From Nemertoderma westbladi (taxonomy: Eukaryota > Animalia > Xenacoelomorpha): a stretch of DNA of 64,000 nucleotides. Positions 49,367 through 61,636 of the stretch are shown here, in pieces (within the stretch, counting starts at the first letter, position 1; each line of letters opens with the position of its first letter). Location of the stretch: contig JAUCBJ010006043.1 of NCBI GenBank assembly GCA_032718475.1, positions 1,759 through 65,758 on the forward strand, read 5' to 3'. The position numbers were made by a program, and so were the translations under genes. The notes below the pieces were generated by a model. It saw only the letters and a list, made by a program, of their open reading frames with translations. It made no database searches and had not been told where the DNA came from.

Positions 49367-49795
49367 TAGACTATGCCTCAGTGAGGCATAGTCTAAGCCT
49401 CAGTGAGTCATAGTCTATGCCTCAGTGAGGCATAGTCTATGCCTCAGTGAGTCATAGTCTATGCCTCAGTGCCCCAGTGAGGCATAGTCTATGCCTCAGT
49501 GAGGCATAGTCTATGCCTCAGTGAGTCATAGTCTATGCCTCAGTGCCTCAGTGAGGCATAGTCTATGCCTCAGTGCCTCAGTGAAGCATAGTCTATGCCT
49601 CAGTGAGTCATAGTCTATGCCTCAGTGCCTCAGTGAGGCAGAGTCTATGCCTCAGTGAGGCATAGTCTATGCCTCAGTGCCTCAATGAGGCATAGTCTAT
49701 GCCTCAGTGAGGCATAGTCTATGCCTCAGTGCCTCAATGAGGCATAGTCTATGCCTCAGTGAGTCATAGTCTATGCCTCAGTGAGGCATAGTCTG
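49367..49795. repeat. Minisatellite, ~22-bp unit
   Basis: CATAGTCTATGCCTCAGTGAGG repeats with GCCTCAGT sub-duplications. Confidence 0.9.
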
Positions 49796-49862
49796 TGTCA
49801 GGTCTTAAATGAGAGTCTTACAAATTCGAACGTCAACGAACAAATTCGATGGTTACTGTTAC

Positions 49863-49932
49863 ACTTTGGTGTAGTGGTTGCATTAAATTCACATCTCCCG
49901 TATGTCATGGGTTCGATCCCTGCATGAACCAG
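49863..49932 (+). other. tRNA-derived sequence (SINE head or tRNA pseudogene)
   Basis: Pol III A-box TGGTGTAGTGG (49867) and B-box GGTTCGATCCC (49910) at tRNA-like spacing; no full cloverleaf. Confidence 0.5.
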
Positions 49933-50195
49933 GGCAGTTTTCGTTCGGTCAGCAATAGGCCTAACGTTGCAAAATGTAGTATTATTGCCTAGTAACCAAT
50001 TCATGGCTACCATATGGTTTTCACTTTGAGACATTTCGCCCTCTAGCGGCAGACTGGGGAACTTCAGACTACTCTGTGACTCCGCAAAAAATATAGCCCA
50101 TATTGTAATAGATACCGATTGAGGGGTCAAAATTAAGTAATAATATATCTAAATAAGTCTCAAACATCTTGCCTCATGGCTCGCCCCTTAGAACT

Positions 50196-51325
50196 TGTTC
50201 GCGCTTTTAGACCTAATTTAGGTGTCTTTTAGTTTGTAAATCGACTTTAGCCTACGACGAGTATTTGATACACTACATTAGCCGAAGCCAGCCTATGCGC
50301 GATCATTCACCCGCTGGATATACCCGGGAGACTGGATTCGGGGGCTCTGACCTTATTGCGGTGTAGGCCTATTGTATTATTCGATTGATCGTTAATATAT
50401 AATCTCTGACAAATATTATTCACTTTTGGGAAATATTAACAGTTCCCTTTGGACGTGGCGCTCTAAATATATAAACAGAGCTATGACTTACACTAAACAC
50501 AACGGGATGGCTAATGATTCACGTATAAGGCGCATTCTTTAGGAGATGCTTTGTTATCTGTCACAGTCATGCACACTACCGGTACCGCACAATACTGCAC
50601 ACTGATCTGCCGACCTTCACTAATTTTAGTCACATATAAAGAGAACAGCAATTGACCCATGTAGTAACTATGAAATAGCATTAGATTCACTCCAAAACCA
50701 ATATCATATAAGTCGCAATTGCTATATGTAACCGGTCTCTTACCTTCAGTATATCAAGAAGATGGGGTTTTATGATTATTTCTTGATATTATCCAAATAT
50801 AACAATTTTCCATCAACAGATACAATTAATAACCGACAGTAAATAGCAGTAAAATAATGCGGTGAAAGATATGTATAGCATTTGACAGGCAGGATAACAG
50901 TTATACGTTCCGGTAATCAAAGCCGTTCTAATGTTTTGGCTAAAGTCTGAAACAGAATAATTCCATAGCCGATGTTCATGGCATCAGGAAAACCAACACA
51001 CTGAAACCTGTGGGCTGTTGTAGGCAGCTTTCAACACAAAGAGAAATAGCTCTCATTGGCAGAACTCCAGATTCTATAGGTTCCACGAACGTCTAAATGC
51101 CAAACCTCCCTAGCCTTTGCAGCCCATAGCCAACACAAGGCTAAATCGCTCTGATTGGTCGATCATTGTTCTGATTGGTTAATCGAACAGAACAAACAGC
51201 AAATCGGCCAATCAGCCAGCAGAATGCATCACTCGAGCAAGGCAGTTTTAGAGTATTTGAGCGCATTGAGGGAAAACTGGATTGCGGAGAAAAAGGGCCA
51301 GTTACATCCTGCAAAAGCTTTTACA
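50196..51325 (-). repeat. E3 3' LTR (1130 bp)
   Basis: Near-identical to 60174-61335 apart from two short indels. Confidence 0.93.
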
Positions 51326-51403
51326 CCGCTCCCAGAAAATGGGATTTAATTCTATAAAATATAAAAAATCACAGTTTCTAAAATATAAAAATACTCTAAA
51401 CAG

Positions 51404-52730
51404 TCAGTCTCTCCCGCGCGGACGGCGTTTACGCAGTTTTTTGAGGCTAGCGAGAGTCCTTTTCTCTTTGGGGCGAGCCACTTTACTAGGAGGGCTATAA
51501 CTCCTGGGCGAAGGGTGCAATACCATTGCATCAGAAGGTTAGGGTTACGGTCTGTGTCTCGTCCATTTCGATATGCTTCTCCTCGAGCTGATTTTCCTCC
51601 GCTTGTCGTTGGATGTGTCCGTCCAAAAATTCTCGCGGAGAATAGGGTCGTCCAAGTTCGATAACTTCTTAGAGATTCTGGTCACTCTGGTGACAGGTTG
51701 TATCGGTGTTAAACCGGGACGATGGCAAGGGTCAAACGGCGACATTAAATGTCCGCATCCCAATCCGGCTAGGTAGGATGGGCTAATATCTAGGAAGACC
51801 ACAACCGGGGTGCCACCGACTAACTCTTCAGGTAACACTAGATCTTTGAACAGTGAGTACAGCTCGGGAGGATCCGTCATACTAATAGGATCAAGAGTCT
51901 GAGGTCTCACTAGGGAATGAGGAGGTCTGATCGAGTATTCCGGAACTCTGATCATTGGTTTATTTAAGGATCGTCTGAGTCGAACGAGCGTAGGTGATAC
52001 GTCAAACAAATTTCGCTCGAAACTCCCGTAAGTATAGCGAGTAAAACCGTGTTTAGTGCAACGTCTCCGCGGATGTTTAGGTCTTTCCGTTTGTTGGTTG
52101 GGTCTAGGGCACCATCGCAATAATACCAAAGATGCACGTCTTGTAGGGGAAACGCGAGTGATCTCTCTCCAGTTCACAACACTCCCCCATCTGCTCGAAG
52201 CCATCTGGTACAACAGGTAGCGGTCGATCGGCGGTAAGATACATCATAGTGGAACAGAGCCGCTTGAGTTCCACCATGCGGTCATGATGTATACCTTGAG
52301 GATATCGAGTTTCTAGATTCTGTTGACTGGTAATATTGAGATATGTTTCTCTCAAGAATTCCAGATATTTGTTGAAGTCGCTGCGTTTATCCGGCTCTTC
52401 AACATCTTCACTTTCGAGTCGGTTTCGAATAGAATTTTCGTGTTCGAGTCTCAGTTTATCGTTCCGCTTCCGCTGGGTATGATATTTAAATAAAACCATT
52501 TCCCTTTCGGTGTCTATATCGTCCGTATCGTGTAGGTCGATAGGATGACCAGTAGTTAAGAAGTCCATATACGTACCATTACGATGCGTATAGCGAGCGG
52601 TGAATTTTCTATAGTCCAACTCACGCGTGAGCTGCTCTTGGGACATTGGTGGTTCAATATAACGACCATCGTCCTCCGCAGCAGTTGGACCAGCATCGCC
52701 GCGTATTAAGCTATCAACAAACGCCTGCAA
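51404..52730 (-). pseudogene. E3 accessory ORF, frameshifted
   Basis: C-terminal ~45 codons nearly identical to the E4 ORF end (PSDA..LHPSPRSYSPPSKVARPKEKRTLAS.KKLRKRRPR); N-terminal AAEDDGRYIEPP resembles E4 AARVDGILVEPP. Confidence 0.65.
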
Positions 52731-53613
52731 CGGTAGAGTATATCTCCCCTGACACCAAGATCATCTTCTATCAACTCAGTCATATCTGCTATATGAGTTT
52801 ATTAATATTATAATGAGTTTATATTTAGGCTAGCGGGCGTCGCTGCCTACCCCTCTCTGCCCCCGGACAGTGCAAGATCCTCAGCGCTGGTGTACTTTCG
52901 CCGATGTGCCTATCGCCAACGTCGTAGCTGCACAACGACCACAACAACCAGCACGAGTCACTCCACCGTCCGTCCCAAAGGCTTAGATATACTTCAGGTT
53001 CTTACTGGAGTTAGGGCTACTTTCACAATTGCGACTCGCTACTGTAAACACACTTTAGTAGTAACATTCACCTATAAACGCACAAATTCCACACAACTGT
53101 CACAAACCGCACATATTCGGGCCATTTGTCCTTTAGTCAGTGCCTTCCAGAATGCCACGTTATTATTGGGTATCCTGGGATACTAGCAATGTGCTATTTA
53201 TTCCTTATGCTATTCAATGGGCAAGCTTTATTGTTCTTTTAACTCACTTCTAATTCTAGTGTGGTTGTTGCCATGGTGACATTATGGAAAGCTAGCGGTA
53301 GAATTAGGGTAATTCTCATACATACAGATCTGGGATGCTATTTAATAGTAATTATTTAATTCTCAATATTTCTCTTTATACATGATTTTATGAATTTTAT
53401 CGGCTATTGACTATATATTGGAGATTCTCGCACACTAATATACTTAATAGGGTGAATCTCCACTCCCATGATCTATTAATTGGAATCTATTAATTTATGG
53501 AATTTTGGGAATGTTATAAATTGTATAAAAATGACAATTTATCAAATTCATTAAAATATGAATTTAAATTTATTCCCGTAAATTTTATTATTTAATATTA
53601 AATAGACACAATT

Positions 53614-53900
53614 TTATTCCAGAACATGTCTGGGGACTAGGATCCTTGATTCTAGGAAATTGGTCTTTTTAAGAATATCGGTAAGTGCTACGATATCTTA
53701 ATAGACTAGAATTTTAAAGGATCTAAAATTTGACAGATTTTGTAAATATTAATAATTAATATTTAGGATGGGCACCAGTTTATTCCAGAACTTGTCTGGG
53801 GACGTTAACCACTGATTCTAGAATTTTGTCTTTCAAGTATATCGGTGGGTGCCGCGATATCTTAATCGACTAGAATTGCAGATGGTCAAAGGGTTTAACA
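53614..53900. repeat. Two diverged ~115-nt multi-stem repeats
   Basis: TTATTCCAGAAC.TGTCTGGGGAC...ATTCTAG...ATATCG-loop-CGATAT...CTAGAAT at 53614 and 53780. Confidence 0.8.
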
Positions 53901-54728
53901 GATTTATTTGCGTTGTATGCTACTGTTAAAGGGACATCACGCTACTATATGTATTATTTAATATACGGTATGAGAGCAATATCGCACGAAGCAATGTCAG
54001 TGAGAAGAGGCAAGTCGTTTCCAAGGTCTACCCAGAGATTGGTTTAGCCGAGACACGAGGATCTGAACTTTGCATTCCAAATACTCTGCTTACCAATAAT
54101 ACTTGAATATAGTAGGAGCTTTATTGTACTTTAATAAGTACGGATATTTATCTTACTGTAGTCACGTATTTATAATGTAATACGGACAGTAAGGAAAGAG
54201 AAAAAGAATTATTTCTCGCCGTCGCACTAAATATAATATACAGGTAATTAAGTAATAAACGCTAATATATATTGCACTAATCTACTAAATAATCGCTAAA
54301 ATAACATTCTACTAAATAAAATTAAAGAAAACGATTATAATAAAATTACATAATAATACATACATAATATAAAATAATAAAAATAAATATAAAATAATAT
54401 AGTCACACACCCACTCCGTATGTTGTTACGTTATGGAGTCCCTAGATATTTGTTGGATTAGGGAGGTGGTCGTGGGAAGAGTATCTTTCCTTCCATAGTT
54501 TCCGGACAGTTTTCGGTCTCTTTCCAGTAAACATAAACGACCAGCTGGGCGATTGAGTGGTTGTGTTACTTTCTCCGCTCCCTTGGCCTGTCTAATCTTC
54601 GCCGGGGTAAGATGAGGAGGCCATTCATCTTCTTTACTTAGGAAGTCGGGTCCACCTAACCGGTCTGGAGCATCTGTCAGTTCTTGAGGAGTTGCTCCTC
54701 TGGAAGCGATGTCGGCTAGATTAATCGT

Positions 54729-57700
54729 CTAGGGGCAATGTCTCCATTGATCTACATTGGAGTTAATATCGTCATTATCTGAGGAGTATGGTGTTCCCTC
54801 AGTTGGGTCGTCAACTTCACTGCTCTCCACTTCCCATTCACTTAATTGATATACCTGTTCTTTTGGTAATCTTTCCATTAGAGTTCTACGGGAAGGGCCA
54901 GTAAAGTACCAACCTACTCTAGTTCTTCCCGCATAGACTTGTAATGGTTGCGGTTGAGCAGGCCGTTTCTCCAATGTCTCAAGCGCTTCATGCCCATTTT
55001 GGCCGATGAGTATTTGCACTCCAGGGTAATCTGTGTTGAATCTAGGTATATTAAGCTGCTGGGTGGAATCGTCCTCATCCCAGTTATAAGGTTCTACTTG
55101 GCTGGTAGCGAAGTTCTTTATCGCCACCATTTTTACTGACCTTATACTATGTTCTCCTAGTTCATCCTGGGGGGTGGACAACGCACCTACATAATAATCC
55201 GCTATTACTGTAGATTTCCAAACCTGCATAATTCCTGACATGTTTAACTTAGTTCGGAACTTGGGTTGTCCAGCAAAGATGTCTTCGGCTAGTTCTTTGT
55301 CGATGAATGTTCCTGTGCTACCGGAGTCAAGGAGGGCGTTCACTATATAACTCCTTTTAGGTCCGTGGACCCTTAATTGCACTACAGGAAATTCACGGAT
55401 TCCTACATTGGAAGTTGGCGCTTTCCAAGATGGTTGTCGATCAGATGTAGTTAGGGTGAGGTCGCAGTCTGTGTCTTTTTCATACGTAAGTGCTCGATAC
55501 ACTGCGGTATTTATCAGGTAACAGGATTCGTTTTCGTTGGAGAATTCGTCCGTATAGAATCCTTCCATCTCAGAACATTGGTCAGTGTCGTTCACATCAC
55601 TGAATTGGACATGTAGTTCGGACTCACTTACCTGACTCGGGCTGTTTCGTTCGAATTCCGTGTGCAACAAGATATGATGTTTTGCGCCGCACTTTGCACA
55701 CCTTGCGTCGGAGTAACAGGTTCGCCGTTGGTGTCCTCGTCTGAGGCAATTATAACACAACCGCTTATCCCACATGACTTCACGTCTGTCCTTTAGTGAT
55801 TTCCTCAGGAATTCATCACACGCACTTAAACGGTGGGGCCCGTCGCACAGCACACATTTTGGTTTGATGTTACTTACCTTACTTTGAGTAACGTTGTGCA
55901 CACTCGTTCTTTCTTCGGGCTTTCTTACATGAATTTTCTTAGGAGACGTAGGAGGAGTTTTTCTTACCTGTTCTCTCCTGTCATTGGTTCGAGACTTGAA
56001 TTTACTTACGTCCTTAGGCGCTGTGTTGTCATAGTAAGATCTTTCAGTGTCTTTCCCGCTGTCTTCCTCTTGAGAAGCCTGGCTTTCGCCATCGTCTGTA
56101 TAACACACTGGTATTACCTTTCTCCTAGAAACGGGTTTCTCACTTACCTTATTTTCCGGTGTCTTCTCTCTGGACTGTTTTAGAAGCTGTAATTTTACCT
56201 CTCCATCTAAGAATGACATGAGATCAGGCATGGTAGGGTCTCTTCGTTGTTGTTCCATCATATATAACACTTTCTTGTCCCAGCGTGTACCTACTCCACC
56301 CTTGGGCAAAGTAGATGCTAAGGCTCCTACAACCATAGAATTCTGGTATTCATGAGACTTACCTAACCAATCTAGTTGTCTACAGATCTCTTGAATCTCA
56401 TCGGAAAACTCTATAATCCCGCTGCTAAGAAACTTTCGGGGCGCCATTAATTTCGCATATAAATACCTAGCTATGTTATTCCTATTACCATACCTGATGT
56501 TTAGGGTATCCCAAACTTGTCTTAATCCATCGGGATGTCCAATAAACTTTAACGCCATTAACTTGGGAGATCCTTCCAAGCACTCGATGAGGAATCTAAG
56601 TTTCTCTCCGTTAGATAGCACAGAGTTCTGTATGTTATCTTTGTAATATTCATTAAAAGGTAACCATTTCATCTCATCTCCATTGAACTTGACGATCTCT
56701 CCCACCTTTACCGCTTGACGGGCTTCGGTTCTAGCCATTTGACGCGTAAAACTTTCTTGGGCCATCGTATTATTTAATATCGAGTTATCGGTATATAAAT
56801 TTCTCGGATTATTATCAAGTCTATATGGAATATCACTGTCAACAGGTTTATAATTACCCTTAATAGGGTTTACTATAGGAGTTTCTACTTCACTAGCAGT
56901 ATAGATGCATGTAGGCTCCACACCTTGCGCATGAAATACTTCAGACCTAACAGGTTGACACATTGTTACAGGGGGTGGTGGTATACCCTTTTGTGTATTT
57001 ACTAATTTATCGAGTTCTAACGCGATACTTTGCTGCACTTCTTGCAACGCTAACCTACCCTCTCTTACTGCTCCCTTTAACTGCTGAACAGTCCCTTCCA
57101 ACTCCCGGACCTGCTGGGAGGAACATTTACAATGTTCCCTCAGCTGCCCGAGCAGGAGACCCATCTCCCGTCGTCCCTCAGCTACCCACTCGACCGCCGA
57201 AGAGGGAGTCGCCAACATAGTAGCGGGCAAGCGAGAGACGACGGGCGATAAATTCTTGATATCTCGCTCGGCGTCCAGGATGGGTTCGGACTCGGGAACA
57301 GTCCTACTGGGCACAGGTAGTTTTGTGCTGTGCAAAGGGAATTTAGAGGTAGGTTCTGGGAGTACAGGTGTCTCTATCACCGAAGGGGTGGCTTCGAGAA
57401 CAGGCCTAATTATTTCAGGCTCATCTACTATAGTAGGGAGTCTTTCTACTGTAATAATTTGGTCTGTGGGTTCTGTACCACAGCGAGTTCTGTAATACAC
57501 TGGATAGTCTACACTATCCAGTTGCATTCTCACCTCAGGAGGTACCGTCCGCTTGAGCATCCGTCTACGTCCGCTTGAACGAGATTTATTACCTCTACCT
57601 TCGGGATCTCTTATATCACCTTCATCGGAGGAGGCAAATCCCTGTCTTCTGGTTTGTTTCTTCAAGTAATCTTGTTTCGCCTGAAGGTTTTCCAGCTCTA

Positions 57701-57896
57701 GTTGGGTAGTCGCTTCAGACGCCTTCCGTTCTGCTTCTGCCACTGCCTCTGCCGCTTTTCTTTCCGCTTCTGCCGCTGCTACTTTTCTTTCCGCTTCTTT
57801 TCTGTCTTCTATCCTTTCAAGACACTGTCCAAGTCGAAGACTCATTCTAACACCTTTCAAAAGACTATCTGACAGTGCCCGTTTTGTGTCAGACAT
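54729..57896 (-). CDS. gag: E3 gag-protease (1055 aa), followed by deletion of RT/RH/IN
   Basis: IVKFNGD; CVLCDGPH, CYNCLRRGH, CAKCGAKHHILLH; LLDSGSTGT; jumps to post-RNase H WRHCP...IASRG. Confidence 0.88.
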   Translation of the reverse strand: MSDTKRALSDSLLKGVRMSLRLGQCLERIEDRKEAERKVAAAEAERKAAEAVAEAERKASEATTQLELENLQAKQDYLKKQTRRQGFASSDEGDIRDPEGRGNKSRSSGRRRMLKRTVPPEVRMQLDSVDYPVYYRTRCGTEPTDQIITVERLPTIVDEPEIIRPVLEATPSVIETPVLPEPTSKFPLHSTKLPVPSRTVPESEPILDAERDIKNLSPVVSRLPATMLATPSSAVEWVAEGRREMGLLLGQLREHCKCSSQQVRELEGTVQQLKGAVREGRLALQEVQQSIALELDKLVNTQKGIPPPPVTMCQPVRSEVFHAQGVEPTCIYTASEVETPIVNPIKGNYKPVDSDIPYRLDNNPRNLYTDNSILNNTMAQESFTRQMARTEARQAVKVGEIVKFNGDEMKWLPFNEYYKDNIQNSVLSNGEKLRFLIECLEGSPKLMALKFIGHPDGLRQVWDTLNIRYGNRNNIARYLYAKLMAPRKFLSSGIIEFSDEIQEICRQLDWLGKSHEYQNSMVVGALASTLPKGGVGTRWDKKVLYMMEQQRRDPTMPDLMSFLDGEVKLQLLKQSREKTPENKVSEKPVSRRKVIPVCYTDDGESQASQEEDSGKDTERSYYDNTAPKDVSKFKSRTNDRREQVRKTPPTSPKKIHVRKPEERTSVHNVTQSKVSNIKPKCVLCDGPHRLSACDEFLRKSLKDRREVMWDKRLCYNCLRRGHQRRTCYSDARCAKCGAKHHILLHTEFERNSPSQVSESELHVQFSDVNDTDQCSEMEGFYTDEFSNENESCYLINTAVYRALTYEKDTDCDLTLTTSDRQPSWKAPTSNVGIREFPVVQLRVHGPKRSYIVNALLDSGSTGTFIDKELAEDIFAGQPKFRTKLNMSGIMQVWKSTVIADYYVGALSTPQDELGEHSIRSVKMVAIKNFATSQVEPYNWDEDDSTQQLNIPRFNTDYPGVQILIGQNGHEALETLEKRPAQPQPLQVYAGRTRVGWYFTGPSRRTLMERLPKEQVYQLSEWEVESSEVDDPTEGTPYSSDNDDINSNVDQWRHCP

Positions 57897-59244
57897 ATTT
57901 GATTTGTACAGTTGAATGCCTACTGCTATATTACAGTTAAAGCAAATCTAGTAATTCAGTATCAATTGTTAGCCTAGTGATTAATTACCGATATCGTTAC
58001 TCTATGTAACGTGTTATATATACAATATATTAGAATACCGGTATGCTTATAGTATATATAAGTATTATTACAGACTAGGTTTGTCATAGGATACCGGTAT
58101 GTAATTTCAGCACAAATATATATAAATATATAATAGGCCTATCGTGAATACCGGTATACAGCTTACACTTATAGTATATATATAAGTATAATTACAGACT
58201 AGAATTGATTACAGAATACCGGTATGATTTCAGCCTAAATTTATAGAAATAAATATAATAAGCCTATGGTAAATACCGGTATGTCAATTATTTTGGAATA
58301 ATTTAATTTCTGAATTTTAGGGGTTACTTGGTTACTTTAACTTACTTTATTACCGTTATTTAAGCAGTAGTCCAACTGATATTAAGACCTAATTGTTGTA
58401 TGGCAGGCCTACTATTTTATAAATCGGTTTGAGTTGATTTATAATATATATACCCGTTTTAATGGGTTTTTGTCAATATTTGAAATAAATGTTATTATTT
58501 CTGGGAAAGAGTCACCTCACAGAAGCTGTGCGCTCTCAGTGAAGTGCTACTTGTTGGACACTAAAACAAATAATTATAATTTACCTAAGTTACTTAATAC
58601 TACAAATTACATACAATTCGGGGTGAGATTACAATCTCTAAATAAACACAAAAATTACACGTACGAATTTTTAGGCTAATTTTACAAGAAGTCTACAAAC
58701 CAGCCTAACAAAGGGTTAGATTATCTGGTTATTACAACGGACAGAGTACTACGGTATTTGAAAATAACTAAGCAGTAGTAAATATACTGCGTTGTCCAGA
58801 TAGGAAAATACCACCGTCTGACGACTTATAGCCGTATCGCTATAAGTACTACGTTATGTATCACGGAGTGTTCCTACCTACAGACCTAGAAGTTAATTAC
58901 CGCAGTCTACCAGAACCAACGTGCCTATTAACCACTTTACAACACAAATATACTGCCTATACACTAATTACCTTCGGGAAGCACTGTACACTAAACCCTA
59001 AATTAGGTACAAGTACTTATACAACAAATAATCAGTAGTTAAAATACTTGAACAGCTAAAAGAACCACGGTATCTGCTGGAGTGACCGGGGCACAAAATC
59101 ACCAGTCTTTACCTACGCCAAGCAGCCCTGATGTAGTACCGGGGTTAATTTAACTATAACGGTATATATAACAAGCACAATTACTGTAGGAATAAACTTG
59201 GGGGTATGAATGTTGCGAATAATCGCATAAACTCTGAATAATAA

Positions 59245-59833
59245 ATATTACGCTACCCGTACAAACTACTCAAACAAAATACAAACCAAACGCTGGCAGA
59301 CTACTATCAAGCCTAAATAAACTACAGTATGTGCAGACTCCGAAATGGTTAGTTAGTATGCGTTCTAACCGAGTAGTACGACTTATTCTTTCGGGGGGGG
59401 GGGGGGATTTACCTTACAGTACTGGATGCCCCTACTTTCCTAACCGGCACTTTATCGGACATACACTCCACACACACTACAATCTCTTCAGACCTAACAA
59501 CAGCCAGACAACAATCTAGCCTATAAATTATCTGAATAAGAAATATTACGGTACCTGTACAGACTACACAAACAAAATACAGACTAAACGCTGGCAGACT
59601 ACTATCAAGTCTAAATAAATTACAGTACATGCAGACTCCGAAATGGTTAGTTAGTATGCGTTCTAACCTAGTAGTACGACTTATTCTTTCGGGGGGGGGG
59701 ATTTACCTTACAGTACTGGATGCCCCTACTTTCCTAACCGGCACTTTATCGGACATACACTCTACATGCACTGCAATCCGTTCAGACCTATCAACAGTCA
59801 GACAACAGTCCAGCCTACAAATTATCTGTACGA
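59245..59833. repeat. 298-bp tandem duplication in the E3 5' leader
   Basis: Near-identical blocks offset by 298 bp (59331 vs 59629). Confidence 0.85.
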
Positions 59834-60173
59834 TCTGAGCAGGCTTACACGTCTTCTGCTCAATATTAGCCTACAGATGAATAAAACTGACAGAAATAAG
59901 TAAACCATACAAAGGAATAAGGGGTGATCAATCCCTAATCCCCTAACAGCCTACAATATACAATATATCACAATCGAAATATACTAGTACCTTTACTGCT
60001 GTAAGTACCGGTTCCGGTGGTTAGGTAGTTAGGCCTACAGGTTACCGGTCGACCGGTACTTTTCAACTTTATTGCTTACTGCAATAAAGAAGCAATAACT
60101 GTTACTGTTCTTACCAGAACAATAGTAAACTGTATTTATTGCCTACACTGCAATCAGAGTTTATAACTGTTAT

Positions 60174-61335
60174 TGTTCGCGCTTTTAGACCTTAGGCAGT
60201 TTAACCCGCCTAATTTAGGTGTCTTTTAGTTTGTAAATCGACTTTAGCCTACGACGAGTATTTGATACACAACATTAGCCGAAGCCAGCCTATGCGCGAT
60301 CATTCACCCGCTGGATATACCCGGGAGACTGGATTCGGGGGCTCTGACCTTATTGCGGTGTAGGCCTACTGTATTATTCGATTGATCATTAATATATAAT
60401 CTCTGACAAATATTATTCACTTTCGGGAAATATTAACAGTTCCCTTTGGACATGGCGCTCTAAATATATAAACAGAGCTATGACTTACACTAAACACAAC
60501 GGGATGGCTAATGATTCACGTATAAGGCGCATTCTTTAGGAGATGCTTTGTTATCTGTCACAGTCATGCACACTACCGGTACCGCACAAAACTGCACACT
60601 GATCTGCCGACCTTCACTAATTTTAGTCACATATAAAGAGAACAGCAATTGACCCATGTAGTACCTATGAAATAGCATTAGATTCACTCCAAAACCAATA
60701 TCATATAAGTCGCAATTGCTATATGTAACCGGTCTCTTACCTTCAGTATATCAAGAAGATGGGGTTTTATGATTATTTCTCGATATTATCCAAATATAAC
60801 AATTTTCCATCAATAGATACAATTAATAACCGACAGTAAATAGCAGTAAAATAATGCGGTGAAAGATATGTATTGCATTTGACAGGCAGGATAACAGTTA
60901 TACGTTCCGGTAATCAAAGCCGTTCTAATGTTTTGGCTAAAGTCTGAAACAGAATAATTCCATAGCCGATGTTCATGGCATCAGGAAAACCAACACACTG
61001 AAACCTGTGGGCTGTTGTAGGCAGCTTTCAACACAAAGAGAAATAGCTCTCATTGGCAGAACTCCAGATTCTATAGGTTCCACGAACGTCTAAATGCCAA
61101 ACCTCCCTAGCCTTTGCAGCCCATAGCCAACACAAGGCTAAATCGCTCTGATTGGTCGATCATTGTTCTGATTGGTTAATCGAACAGAACAAAGAGGCCA
61201 TACGTACAGCAAATCGGCCAATCAGCCAGCAGAATGCATCACTCGAGCAAGGCAGTTTTAGAGTATTTGAGCGCATTGAGGGAAAACTGGATTGCGGAGA
61301 AAAAGGGCCAGTTACATCCCGCAAAAGCTTTTACA
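60174..61335 (-). repeat. E3 5' LTR (1162 bp)
   Basis: TG...CA termini, TSD, match to the 3' LTR. Confidence 0.93.
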
Positions 61336-61636
61336 GAACTCTTAAGCAATATAACTTCATAGTTTTGCGGATTGTAAATAACAAAGCTAGAGAAGATGTT
61401 AATTTTCAAATAATACGCCCTCTAGCGGCAGACAGGGGAACTTCAGACTACTCTATGACTCCGCAAAAGATATGGCCTATGCCGTAGCAGATGCCGATTG
61501 GGGGGGGGGGGGGGGTCAAAATTAAGTAATAATATATCTAAATAAGCCTCAAACATCTTAGAACTCTTAAGCAATATAACTTCATAGTTTTTAAGTAAAA
61601 CTGGTAAATGAGATGTGTTAATTACGCATACCTCGC

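Larger units (their letters stand above)
50196..61335 (-). mobile_element. BEL/Pao element E3, internally deleted, with degraded accessory ORF
   Basis: LTRs 50196-51325 and 60174-61335 (sense TGTAAAAG...CGCGAACA); GAACT TSD (50191-50195, 61336-61340); PPT GGGAGCGG. Confidence 0.93.

Noticed and set aside
49367-49795. CRISPR-like palindromic repeats
   Set aside because: Head-to-tail minisatellite with no unique spacers.
49863-49932. Functional tRNA gene
   Set aside because: Acceptor and anticodon stems do not form.
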